A DNA stretch of 64,000 nucleotides from Octopus vulgaris (lineage: Eukaryota): the NCBI GenBank assembly GCA_951406725.2, contig OX597830.1:55800001-55864000 (forward strand). The letters are read 5' to 3'. Shown here one piece after another: positions 37,860-50,077 of the stretch; position 1 is the first letter of the stretch; each line of letters starts with the position of its first letter. Both the position numbers and the translations under genes were made by a program. The notes under the pieces were generated by a model. It made no database searches. It had not been told where the DNA came from and saw only the letters and a list, made by a program, of their open reading frames with translations.

Positions 37860-38344
37860 TCTCTTTCTCTCTTATGTCCTCTCTGCAACATTTAAAAACA
37901 CAAAACAAATGCTGTTACTATTCACTGTCTCTTTCACTCTCTCTCTTTCTCTCACTCTCTCACTTTGTCTTTCACTCTCCCTTTCTCTCTATCACACACA
38001 CTCTCTCTCTCTCTCTTACTTCCTCTCTGTCCTCCTTTCTTTCATTTTGCCACTTCTTTGAAGTAAGTGTGACATACACAACAGGTACGTACAATAACAA
38101 AAAGAATATTAATATTATTGATGATGATAATAATAATAATAATAATATTAATAATAATAATAATAATAATAATAAATGCCCTGATGCAGTACCAGGCTGT
38201 GGCTCTCATGGCTTTTGACCTTAACTGATTGGAAGTATTATCATGTACAGTGTTTTGTTTTGGTATATATTAGGCTTCGTATATTTGTACCCCAGCTTGT
38301 TTTTAATGAGATAATAATCTGTGAAATGATACGTTTAATTTCAG

Positions 38345-38489
38345 AGAGTTCTATCAACTTTTTGATGATGAGTGCCTTGGAGAAATTGGTGTTCATTCCA
38401 TTTAGTTACGTCGTAGATACATATCGATGGAAGCTGTTTAGTGGAGAAATCAAAGAATCTGAATATAATAAAGCATGGTGGGATATGAG
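38345..38489 (+). CDS. ACE: ACE-like exon 10 (ESSINFLMMSALEKLVFIPF...YNKAWWDMR)
   Basis: INFL..ALEK..F.PF and YN..WW..R motifs, phase 1/2. Confidence 0.93.
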
Positions 38490-38494
38490 GTAAT

Positions 38495-39300
38495 TATAAA
38501 ACATTGCTACATGATAAGATGTGGTGCAGCAGGGATTCAATATAAAACAATACTACATGAAGATAGATGGGGACGAATGTAATACACTGCTACATGACAT
38601 GAGAGGTGGGATGGCAGGGGTCAATATAATACAATACTACATGAAGAGAGGCAGGGGTAAATATAACACAACGCTACATGATGTGAGAGGTGGGGTAGCC
38701 AGGATTCAATATAATACAATGCTACATGATGTGAGAAGTGGGATGGCAGAGATCTATGTAATATAATACTACTTAAAAAGAGGGGTGGTTGCAGGAGTCA
38801 ATGTAATACAATACTACAGGAAGAGAGACGAAGATAAATATAATACAATGCTACATGATGCAAGAGGTGATGTGGTGGGAGTCAATATAAGACAATGCTA
38901 CATGATGAGAGGCAAGGGGATAATATTGTACAATGCTACATGAAAAGGGTAGGATAGTTGGGGTCAGTGTGAATTATACAGTGTATCAGTATGAGGCTAA
39001 AGGGAACACTGGGGTTTGGCAAAATGCTACACTGGAGTGAGATGTAATTAGTAGGCTGATGATGAGATGTAGGTGACATGGCAAGGTGTGGAGGTTAATG
39101 TGATGCTATATGGTGGATAGCTGAGCCAAAATAATGCTACATGATGAGAGCCAAGGGTGTCTACAGAATGCTATATTGTGAGGGCTAAGGGGTCTACATG
39201 ATGGAGAAAGTTGTCATGGTGCTATACAGTGAGGACAGTCACTATAATACAACATGTTATTAGGTAGAGCCAATACAATGCCACATGGTGGTGGCATGTA
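38495..39300 (+). repeat. Degenerate minisatellite, core ATATAATACAATGCTACATGA, about 38/47-bp spacing
   Basis: CTACATGA-like core recurs more than 12 times and decays toward 39300. Confidence 0.7.
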
Positions 39301-39654
39301 TACGATGCGCAGACTTAATCCACTGCCTCACCTGGCACCTTGACAGCTTTTAACTGATTTCACTCACAAGCATTCAGACCAGATCTTCAGTTTGAGGATA
39401 TCTTCCCAGCTCACTTTGACTAGTCTCAGAGGCCCCAGAAAGAGTTATGGGCTTTGCCCTTCGCCTCCTGATTAAAAACATTAAAAAAAAACAGTACTAC
39501 ATGATTTTTAGCAACTGAGAAGTTATTAGCAGATCCTCATGCTCCGTTCAGAATAACAGCGGCAGTATCATGCAGTTTATTATCCTGAAGGCCAATAATC
39601 CTCTGAAGTCCCTATTTTTTAAAAATAAAAATCACAAAGGTACATTTAAGGCAC

Positions 39655-39785
39655 TCATCATCATCATTGTTCGACCGTGGTCGAGACAATGGAATTTACT
39701 ATGTTATGCCAGACTTCACGGTCCATCATAGCATTACGGAGGTCCTGTTGCTGTATGCCTGTATCCCTGGAGATTACATCAAGGC
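39655..39785 (-). mobile_element. RTE LINE extreme 3' end
   Basis: Minus: DVISRDTGIQQQDLRNAMMDREVWHNIVNSIVSTTVEQ* followed by (TGA)n. Confidence 0.6.
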
Positions 39786-40594
39786 ACTAGGAAGGGCAAC
39801 TGGAGTTAGAAAGGGCAATTGGAGTTAGGAAGGGCATTGGTGGTTGGAAGGGCATCTCAGCTGTAGAAACCAAGACAAATCAGACTGGAACCTGGTGCAG
39901 CTCCTTAGTTTAGCAGCAGTTCTGGTCAATCCATCCCACCCATGGCAACATGGAAAATGGACATTAAAGGATAAGGATGAATTGCAGAAATATACTTCAG
40001 TTTTGGTTTGTAACAAATATTATTTCTTTTACCTTTTACTTGTTTCAGTCATTGGTCAGTATAAGGCTATGTTGAGGCACCACCTTGTAAACTGTTATTG
40101 CATAACATATTCATAGGTACAGGCATGACTGTGTAGTTAAGAAATTTGCTTCACAACCGCATGGTTTCAGGTTCAGTCCCACTGCAAAACACCTTGTGCA
40201 AGTGTCTTCTACTATAATCCCAGCAAGCAAAATGTTATAAGTGCATGTGTTAGGCAGAAACTGTAAAGAAGCCTGTTAGTTGTCTTGTCTTGCAAGATAC
40301 TTGGTGATCTCATTAGTGCCATGTAAAATGCATTTGTCGCACTTTGTGAAGTGGTTGGCATTAGAAAGAGCATCTAGATGTTGATACAGTCTTCTGCCTC
40401 ACTTTTGAACCATCCAACCCATGCCAGCCTACAAAACAGATGTCAGATGGTGATGATGATGATGATGATATGTACATACATATATGCATGTGTGTATATA
40501 TACACAGATACACATACAAACCATGCCAGCATAGAAAACGAATGTTAAATGATGATGATTATATGTATGCTATTTTCTTTCTTCCAAATTATAG

Positions 40595-40693
40595 ATGTAA
40601 ATATCAAGGTTTGAGTGCACCAGTTTCTCGATCAGAAGAAGATTTTGACCCAGGTTCTAAGATGCATATTGCCAATGCTATACCATATATCAG
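40595..40693 (+). CDS. ACE: ACE-like exon 11 ([33 protein letters not shown])
   Basis: YQG..P..R...DFDPG.K.H....PYIR motif, phase 2/2. Confidence 0.94.
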
Positions 40694-40895
40694 GTTGGTC
40701 TCTATATAAGCATGCATCATATATATATATATATATATAATTATAAATTAGGGTATCTACGAGATACCACCATCTTGTAGATACCCTAATTATTTATAAT
40801 TTTAATAATTATTATCTTTGAAGGTTATTTTTTCCATGACTGCTTGATAAAATCATTATTTTATTTTTAAATTAACGATCTTATCCTTATTTATT

Positions 40896-40926
<31 letters not shown>

Positions 40927-41251
40927 GTGTTAAGATATATATATACACACACACATACAAACTCACACATATGCATGCACACACACACACATATTCACAA
41001 CTTGGACACACCCATGTTTTTAAATTGTTTGAAAGAAACAGTTTCATATATGTAAACAAATGTTAGCATTCAATGTCGTTTCTCCTTCATTTGTTGGGTC
41101 TTCACAGTCACAGCATATGTCAGGGGTCTCGGTCTTCTTCATTTCCTCTGTGAGACCCTATGTGCCACTGGCACAAGTATCACAAAGCATATATGTATTT
41201 ATGTGTATCTATATCTTATACGTAATGCGTGTATATATTTTGTTTCCCCAG

Positions 41252-41374
41252 ATACTTTGTCAGTCATTTGATCCAGTTTCAATTCCATGAAGCCTTGTGT
41301 AAAGCTGCCAATTACACAGAAGAACTGCATAAATGTGACATATATAAAAGCCCGGAAGCTGGGAGGAAAATGGA
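41252..41374 (+). CDS. ACE: ACE-like exon 12 ([16 protein letters not shown]...[13 protein letters not shown])
   Basis: QFQFHEALC and CDIY motifs, phase 2/2. Confidence 0.94.
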
Positions 41375-41956
41375 GTAAGTTTTATACGTTGACACTTAAA
41401 TGTAACACAATGTATGACACAATAATATAATGTATATGTGACACTGTGACATAAAGTATGACACTGTGACAGACAATGAGTAAAATTGTATACAATGTGA
41501 TGGTGTATCACACTATGTGACACAATAACACAGTGTATGTATGTGTGACACTGCAACAATGTATGACACTACTCCTCAGTGTGTGACACTCTAACATAAT
41601 GTATAACACTGTAACATAGTGAGTGGCACTAAGCCATACAGTATTTAAAAATTTACAAATAATATATTTCACTGTGCCGTACCAGAGCTAACAGTAAATA
41701 TCTATATTATTTAAATGTTCTATAACACACACAACATGATATTACACTATATCACACATCACACCATACTATATAACACTATGTCACATACCACACAAAC
41801 TCCACTGCATTTCACATGCATGCAACACCTAGCCAAACCCCATATTAATTTCTCTCTTGTTCTGCCAATGCACTACAACAGTCCAAACATAGAATCCCCC
41901 ACGACCACACTAACTACCACCTTTACACCTCAATATCCTACTACATCTTACATACC

Positions 41957-42555
41957 TATTTCTTTACTACCCACAAGGGGCTAAACATAGAGGGGACAAA
42001 CAAGGACAGACAAAGGGATTAAGTTGATTACATCGACCCCAGTGCAGAACTGGTACTTAATTTATTGATCCTGAGAGGATGAAAGGCAAAGTCGATCTCG
42101 GCGGAATTTGAACTCAGAACGTAAAGACAGACGAAATATCTATTTCTTTACTACCCACAAGGGGCTAAACATAGAGGGGACAAACAAGGACAGACAAAGG
42201 GATTAAGTTGATTACATCGACCCCAGTGCAGAACTGGTACTTAATTTATTGATCCTGAGAGGATGAAAGGCAAAGTCGACCTCGTCGGAATTTGAACTCA
42301 GAATGTAAAGACAGACGAAATATCTATTTCTTTACTACCCACAAGGGGCTAAACATAGAGGGGACAAACAAGGACAGACAAAGGGATTAAGTTGATTACA
42401 TCGACCCCAGTGCGTAACTGGTACTTATTTAACCGACCCCGAAAGGATGCAAAGCAAAGTCGACCTCGGCGGAATTTGAACTCACAACGTAACGGCAGAC
42501 GAAATACCGCGAAGCATTCCGCCTGGCATGCTAACGATTCTTCCATCTTGCCGCC
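41957..42555 (-). mobile_element. SINE family A head-to-tail trimer (about 184-bp units) within one 15-bp TSD
   Basis: Units at about 41957, 42141 and 42325. TACATCTTACATACC at 41942-41956 and 42557-42571. Confidence 0.85.
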
Positions 42556-42875
42556 TTACATCTTACATACCACTACTACCAATATCACCACTGCCACTTC
42601 CATCATCAACACTACTCCTGCCATCACTAGCACCATGATAACTACTACCAACACTAACACCATTAACACCACCACCACCATTGCCACTACTGCCACAACA
42701 ACCACCACTCACCATCACCATTACTACTACCACCATCACTACTACTCCACCGCCAATCATCGCTATGAGTAACACTGCCAACAACACCATCATCACAACT
42801 AAACCACCACTACAGCCACCATAAACATGACCACTACTTTTATTACTCACACTTTCCCTCTTCATCCTCTTGCAG

Positions 42876-43134
42876 AGCCATGCTGAAACTTGGTTCTTCG
42901 AAGCCATGGCAAGACGCATTGGAACAGCTGACTGGCTCCAGAAAATTGGATGCCAAATCAATGTTGACCTACTTCAAACCTTTGAAAGATTGGCTGGAGA
43001 ATGAAATGAAGAATGAAAATATTAGCTGGGAATGTCCCAAGAAAAGTAATGGCACCTCAAACTCACCAAAAGTTCTTGTACACTTCTTTCTTCTATTGCT
43101 TACCGTTTTAGCTTCTTTAATTACTCTTAATTAA
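42876..43134 (+). CDS. ACE: ACE-like exon 13 (AMLKLGSSKPW...YFKPLKDWL...hydrophobic C-terminus, TAA)
   Basis: LG.SKPW and YF.PL..WL motifs. Stop TAA at 43132-43134. Confidence 0.93.
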
Positions 43135-43139
43135 ATAAA
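43134..43139 (+). terminator. Candidate polyadenylation signal overlapping the ACE stop codon
   Basis: AATAAA at 43134-43139. Confidence 0.3.
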
Positions 43140-43489
43140 GATATATATATATATATACATATATATATATTTATACACACAACCTCTTTTTACATCTGGT
43201 TGATGTCATTTATTACTGAAGCACTGCTTTAACACTTTTTGTACTCTACCTATCTTCTCTGAAGCCTTCCAGGTACGTATGTATGTACATACATATTGAT
43301 ATATATATCAGCCGAAATTGCAAGGATGATCCGGTTCTTGACTGAAGATTAGAGGCTTCGAATGACCCATCCGTTTTTTTTGTGTCGTCTATTTGAATGT
43401 TTTGCGTTCTTGTCCCTTTTTGTATTTTTATATATATATTTTTATACATCATCATCATCATCGTTTAGCGTCTGTGATGATGATGATGA

Positions 43490-43532
<43 letters not shown>

Positions 43533-43535
<3 letters not shown>

Positions 43536-44776
43536 GCTGCAGTGAAAAAATTGCTGTCTAAATTACACAAAAAATGAAAATAACACTGACACCTCATTTT
43601 AACAGATATATTAACCAAAATGACATAAAAATATCTTGAAATACTAAAGAGTAAATTTATTCAATAAAATCGCCACTGGCTTCAACCACGCCCTCCAGAT
43701 GACTTTGGAATCTCCAGCAACTCTTCTGGGTGGCCTCCTTGTTTAAGTAGGTGAATGCTACCTTGCCTTCAGTTTATCTTTGATGTTACTAGGAGTTTTG
43801 CAGGTCTCTCACTCAACTACACCCCACACATAATAATCAAGGGTGTTGCAGTCTGGGTAGTTAGGTGGCCAGATGTTAGGAGTGATGTAGGCACAGAAAT
43901 TGTCTGTCAGCCATGACCGGGTTCTCTTGCATGTGTGGCATGGTGCAGAGTCCTGACCCAGGGCAGCACTACCCCCTCCAGACACAATGTAGGCCTCCGT
44001 GTTGAGTCTGAGGCCATGTGGGAAGATGAATGGAGGCATAATGTTGCCATCACTAGAGGTCATTCCAAATATGATGATGTTGATTGTTTGATTTTTATCA
44101 CTCTCTGTATATGTTTTGAGGACACAGCAGATCAAAAGTCATGTGTGTTCACCATCTGATCCTGGCAGAAATTTTTCTCATCTGAGAAAAATCAAAGCAT
44201 ATTCAGTTGGAGGGGATGCCTGAGTTTGTTCTAAAGCTTCATAACAAGCTCTTTCCTCTTGTCCTTGGGATAAAAATTGTCTCTTTCTCATCTTGTATGA
44301 ATAATACCAAATGTCTTCATGCACCACCTGCCTGAATAAAACTCAGACACTGCCATGTCCCTGGTGATGGATCTGATTGACTTGGAGGGATTGTTGTCAA
44401 TCATGGCCTGGATTTCACCAACAAATTTAAGAGTTCTTTTCTTATCAGATCGATCAGTGTGAATTGTCCGAGCTGCCGTACATTCGTAATCACCATTAGA
44501 CTCATCCAACTCTTTCCAAATCCTCTACACTGTCCTCAGATTGGCACCCAAAGACTCTGAAATGTTCGTATTGGAGCTCCCGGCATGAATGCCAAGATGT
44601 ACAGCATGTCGTATCCAAATTTCTGATTGAGTGAATTGCATCATGGCACTGTCTTTCTCACAGATGGTACCCAACTGACCCTACTATACAGTGTAGTCGA
44701 CAAAATCAAAAACAAACAATGTGCATGTGCAAAATTGACAATATAAAATGTGCAACAGTTTATCCATCACACCCTG
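43533..44776 (-). mobile_element. Decayed near-full-length Tc1/mariner element
   Basis: CAGG../..CCTG ends in TA context. Transposase fragments QDSAPCHT...WPPNYPDCNTLDYYVW and an HTH region. Confidence 0.75.
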
Positions 44777-44964
44777 TATATATGTATAAGTATATATGTA
44801 TATATATATATCACGGAGTGGTTGGTGTTAGGAAGGGCATCCAGCCGTAGAAACACTGCCAGATCAAACTGGGCCTGGTGCAGCCTTCTGGTTTCTCAGA
44901 CCCCAGTTGAACCATCCAACCCATGCTAGCATGGAAAGCAGACGTTAAACAATGACGATGATGA

Positions 44965-45157
44965 TGATATATATATATATATATGTGTGTGTGTATGTGT
45001 ATGTATGTGTATGTATGTATGTATGTATGTATGTATGTATGTATGTATGTATGTATGTATGTATGTATGTATATATATATGTATGTATGTATATATATAT
45101 ATGTATGTATGTATATATATATATATGTATGTATGTATATATATATATATATGTATG

Positions 45158-45226
<69 letters not shown>

Positions 45227-45316
45227 ATATATATGTATGTATATATATATATATATGTATGTATATATATATATATGTATGTATATATATATGTATGTAT
45301 ATATATATATATATAT

Positions 45317-45347
<31 letters not shown>

Positions 45348-45368
45348 ATATATATATATGTATGTATG

Positions 45369-45431
<63 letters not shown>

Positions 45432-45436
45432 GTATG

Positions 45437-45469
<33 letters not shown>

Positions 45470-45484
45470 GTATATATATATATG

Positions 45485-45531
<47 letters not shown>

Positions 45532-45660
45532 GTATATATATATGTATGTATGTATGTATATATGTATGTATGTATGTATGTATATATATATGTATGTATG
45601 TATATATATATATGTATGTATGTATGTATATATATATATATATATGTATATATGCATATA
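44965..45660. repeat. Compound (TA)/(TATG) microsatellite
   Basis: About 700 bp of low-complexity sequence. Confidence 0.95.
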
Positions 45661-46342
45661 TAGTTGAAATTTATAGAAAAACAAAAGACAAAGACAGTTG
45701 TATGAATAACAAGTAAGTGTATTAGTTTGACACTCAGGAAAAATGAAAATGTCTTAGGTTTCAAGCCTATGCTCTTCAACAGAATGGAATAAGAGAAAAT
45801 AAACAGAAAGAGAATGAAAAAGATATGTAGAGTTCAGTTGTCTACACTTCATATTTGAAGCCCCGATGAAACTGTAAGGTGTTACTCACACTCTCAACTA
45901 CGAGTCCACCACATCTTGTTTGGAACAGTTATGTGCTAAAAGCTAATGAAGTTCATAAGATAATTGTCTATTCCTCTGCCATGTCTTTTCGTATATATAT
46001 ATATATATTTATGACACAATATTTGATTTCAAGTAATTAGGTAGTACTCATAAAACATCTCCTTAATATATCATTCTACAGAACATAGAAAATAAACGTA
46101 GAATAATACAAGAGAAAACGATAAAGAGTGTATAAAGTAACAAATGACAAATCTGTTTTGACTGTAAGTAAATTCTAATTTCATCACAAATTGTTTCGTA
46201 ACTTAAAAACATGTAAATAATCTATATTATCATATTTAATAGTAAATAAATTACTTACATACTTGCATTAATGTCTCGAAATTAGAGTTTTCCTATCATT
46301 AAATAAAATTTCATCAAACTATTTCTCTGTCATTTGTGACTT

Positions 46343-46393
<51 letters not shown>

Positions 46394-46946
46394 TACACAC
46401 ACACATATATATATACACATCTATATCTAGTCTTATAACTATGTTAATGCAAACATTGCTGATCCTAATTTCACATAAAAAGCAGTTCGTACACACTGTA
46501 AAGTGGTTGGCATTAGGAAATGTATCTATCCAGCTGAAAAAAATCATGCAAGGGCAAGTAGTGGATCTTGGCAGAGTCCCTAGGCTTAGCACCACCTGCT
46601 GAATCATCAAATTTAAGCTAGTACGGAAGACAGACACAAATGATGATGATGATGATATATATATATATATATATATATATTAATTATAATAAAGGGTTAA
46701 TTGCAACAAGTAGCTCAAAACCACATACCGAAAATATTAGAAATAGCAGCCAAATAGGTCACCATTACTACTGCTAGGAAAATAAATCTCCACAAACAAA
46801 CAGAATTTGTAACTTGTTGCAATTAACCTTTTATTATAATTAATATAACCCTTACTGAATATGGTCATTTCCATACCGAAAAAACTACTAGGTGAAATTA
46901 ATTAATTTTATTAAATTAATTATATTTCACCCTTTATGTGTATATA

Positions 46947-47345
46947 TCTTTATATATAAAAGTGAAGTTGTATGTCTGTCTCCTACGATTTAGATTCCTA
47001 ACTACTCCCACATTTTGCGGTGCAGTTTAACCAAAACCGGGTATCTTATAGTCATGATTCATATCGAGCACTCCTGGGTATTAGCGCGCGTCTATGATGA
47101 GTCTACGATTTAAAAAAAAATTTACCATCATTTTTTTCCATTTTAATGCATTTTTTCGCTATTATATGAGGGAAGTAACTCTCTAAAAATGTCTACGATG
47201 AGTCAACGATTTTTAAAAAAATTTACCATCATTTTTTTTTCCATTTTTAATGCATTTTTTTGCTATTTTTTGGCTATAACTCTCTAAAAATGCTTATATA
47301 GTTATTTCCCTTACAAACCCGAGCAACGCCGGGTGATACTGCTAG
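46947..47345 (+). mobile_element. Non-autonomous Helitron (399 bp)
   Basis: A|TCTTTATATATAAAAG ... CCCGAGCAACGCCGGG hairpin ... CTAG|T. Sister of 9332-9730. Confidence 0.8.
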
Positions 47346-47370
47346 TATATATATATAAATATATATACTA

Positions 47371-47612
47371 GCGAGCTGGCAGAAGGTGGCGAGCTGGCAG
47401 AAACGGTAGCACGCCGGGCGAAATGCGTAGCCATATTTCGTCTGCCGTTACGTTCTGAGTTCAAATTCCGCCGAGGTTGACTTTGCCTTTCATCCTTTCG
47501 GGGTCGATAAATTAAGTACCAGTTACGCACTGGGGTCGATGGAATCGACTTAATCCCTTTGTCTGCCCTTGTTTGTCCCCTCTATGTTTAGCCCCTTGTG
47601 GGTAGTAAAGAA
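47371..47612 (+). mobile_element. SINE family A
   Basis: Full copy with a duplicated 5' GCGAGCTGGCAGAA. Confidence 0.8.
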
Positions 47613-47658
47613 ATATATATATATATAAATATATATTAAAATAAGCAACAAGGATATC

Positions 47659-47741
47659 CAGTACGATAATTTCAATCAACTCCACTTACTTCAACAATGC
47701 AATCATGACATCAATTTAAAATGCAGAGCAATCCTCAGCTG
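47659..47741 (-). ncRNA. Degenerate hammerhead-like motif (same family as 57226-57311)
   Basis: Minus: CAG-CTGAGGA-TTGCTC...GAAAT-TATC-GTA-CTG. Shares the tail GGATATCCTTGTTGCTTATTTT. Confidence 0.4.
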
Positions 47742-48473
47742 CACAATGACATAGAATTTAATTAAATTAAAACAGATGGACACATTAGTATAACTTTACC
47801 TAAAATCACCAAGAAAGTAAAGAGACAGACAAAGAATATGCTGTCTTCACTTCAGCTTAGAAGCTACTAAGGTATCAGAAAGAAAGACTAGTTACAGATT
47901 TTGCTTGATAATGCCGTACTAAATTCTGGTGCCTCAACCTAAGTACCATATTTATCTGAATCTATATATATATAAACCTATATATATATATATATATATA
48001 TATAGGTTTACTTGTTTGCAGTACTGTAGCCATGCTGGAGCACCGCTTCGGGCACCATATATGTGTTTACAAATATATATATATATATATATATATATGG
48101 TTTTGTTACCATTTTTACCCCTCTGCAAAAAGATCTCAAATTTTAATTGATTTGCTTTTCGCAGGAAGGAAAGTTTCTTATTCGAAGATACGTCTTGCCT
48201 TCACCTTCGAAACGTAGAGTAGATGAAACCATGGCGACTGAAGAAATGTTTTTTTCTTTGTGTTAATTGTCCTGTACTCTATTTTTTTTTTGTTGTTTAA
48301 AAAAATGTCCAGTTCCTTGGGTTTGTGTCTATGTTTTCGTTTCTCATTGTGTTCGACGTATTTTTGGTGTCCTGTACTCATATATGCATGTATATGTACA
48401 TGTAGAGGTTGGTACGTACATATATGTACATATATATGCATTGTTTTTATTTATTAATATATATATATATATA

Positions 48474-48733
48474 TATCTGTAAATGTAATATGTGACAATT
48501 ATTTGGTAGATATGATAAAACTCCGAGTTTCAGATGTCTGGGTGGAAATCCATGCCACCATCTCTTAAGTTATCTGGCCAGTGGAAAAAACGCTATGAAA
48601 ATCCATTTCATAGCATTTTTTTCCAATGGCCGGATAACTGAAGAGATGGCGGCGTGGTTTTCTACCCAGACATCTGAAACTCGGAGTTTTATCATATCTA
48701 CCAAATAATTGTCACATATTACATTTACAGATA
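48474..48733. repeat. Hairpin with about 127-bp arms and a 5-nt loop, containing a hammerhead core
   Basis: 48474-48600 pairs with 48606-48733 with few mismatches. Confidence 0.85.
48633..48693 (+). ncRNA. Hammerhead-ribozyme-like motif
   Basis: Stem I GATAA/TTATC, CTGAAGA, stem II GATG/CATC (one extra T), GAAAC-TCGGA-GTT. Confidence 0.6.
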
Positions 48734-49893
48734 AATTCCTCTATTTACATAATAGCGAGGTCTCTTTCATTCTTTTGTTGTCTTACCATTTCTATCAATA
48801 TATGTATATCATCATAATCATCATCATCATCGTTTAGCATCCGCTTTCCATGCTAGCATGGTTGGACGGTTCAAAAGCAAACTGGAACTTGGTGCAGCTC
48901 TCTAGCCTGCCAATTCCAGTCAAACCAGCTAACCCATGCCAGCATGGAAAGTAGATGCTAAATGATGATGTGTGTATGCATAAATATATATATATATATG
49001 TATGTTGTATATATATATATATATATATGTTATATTTCGCAATGGTCATATTGCCAGTTTAGCGCAACAAATATTTAAACATATATATATATATATATAT
49101 CTCATCATCATCGTTTAGCATCCGCTTTCCATGCTAGCATGGGTTGGACGGTTCAACTGGGGTCTGGGAAACCAGGAGGCTGCACCAGGCCCAGTCTGAT
49201 CTGGCAATGTTTCTACGGCTGGATGCCCTTCCTAACGCCAACCACTCCGTGAGTGTAGTGGGTGCTTTTTACGTGCCACCAACACAGGTGCCAGACGAGG
49301 CTGGCAAATGGCCACGAACGGATGGTGATTTTTATGTGCCACCGACACGGGGGCCAGGCGAGGCTGGCAACGGCCATGTTCAGATGGTTCTTTTACGTGC
49401 TCTCTATATATATATATATCATCATCATTGTTTAACATCCGCTTTCCATGCTAGCATGGGTTGGACAATTTGACTGAGGTAGATATGGCCACCCCTGTTG
49501 ACGGGGACAAAACCCAGATTCAAAATGATACACACACATATACAATGGGCTTCTTTCAGCTGATTCTGTCTACAAAATCCATTCACACAACTTTGGTCAA
49601 CCTGAGCTATAGTTGAAAACATTCTGTGCAGATGTCACGCAGCGAGATTGAACCCAAAATCATGTAGATGGGAAACAAACTTCTTGACTGCACAGCCAAC
49701 ATAATTATTTCTAATTAGGTTTTTGCTGCTGACAACATGAAATATGTTAGTTCTTCACCATTACCTTTTCATGCAGATGGTACCCCTCAGTAATCAACTT
49801 CAGTGATTTCTCCTAAACTAAATAATAACCATTTAGTCCATCACAGTGTAACTGAAAGAACCAAAACAAAAATGAAAATAAATTTTCAACAAA

Positions 49894-49899
49894 TTTATT
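49894..49899 (-). terminator. Candidate polyadenylation signal of DHX38
   Basis: AATAAA on minus, about 70 nt after the stop codon. Confidence 0.5.
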
Positions 49900-49966
49900 A
49901 GAAACAATTTCATAAATTATTTACAAAACACCCAATCTTCCTGCTCCTCTCACACGAATGCTGTAT

Positions 49967-50048
49967 TCACAGGCCAAATTTCCCGGATGATTTCCTATTT
50001 GACCAAGGAGTTGCTGGATCTACTCTCCCTGGGGTAGCAATATTTGAC
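49967..50048 (-). CDS. DHX38: PRP16/DHX38 last coding exon (SNIATPGRVDPATPWSNRKSSGKFGL*)
   Basis: ttacag acceptor, phase 2. I-x-TPG and terminal FGL match the PRP16 C-terminus. Confidence 0.85.
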
Positions 50049-50077
50049 CTGTAATGAAAAGAGAAAATAATATATGT

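Noticed and set aside
38495-39300. CRISPR-like repeat-spacer array
   Set aside because: Spacers are homologous to each other and the repeats are degenerate; it is a minisatellite.
42392-42961. Thr/His-rich and Gly/Val-rich ORFs
   Set aside because: Degenerate (ACC/ACT)n intronic repeat upstream of ACE exon 13.
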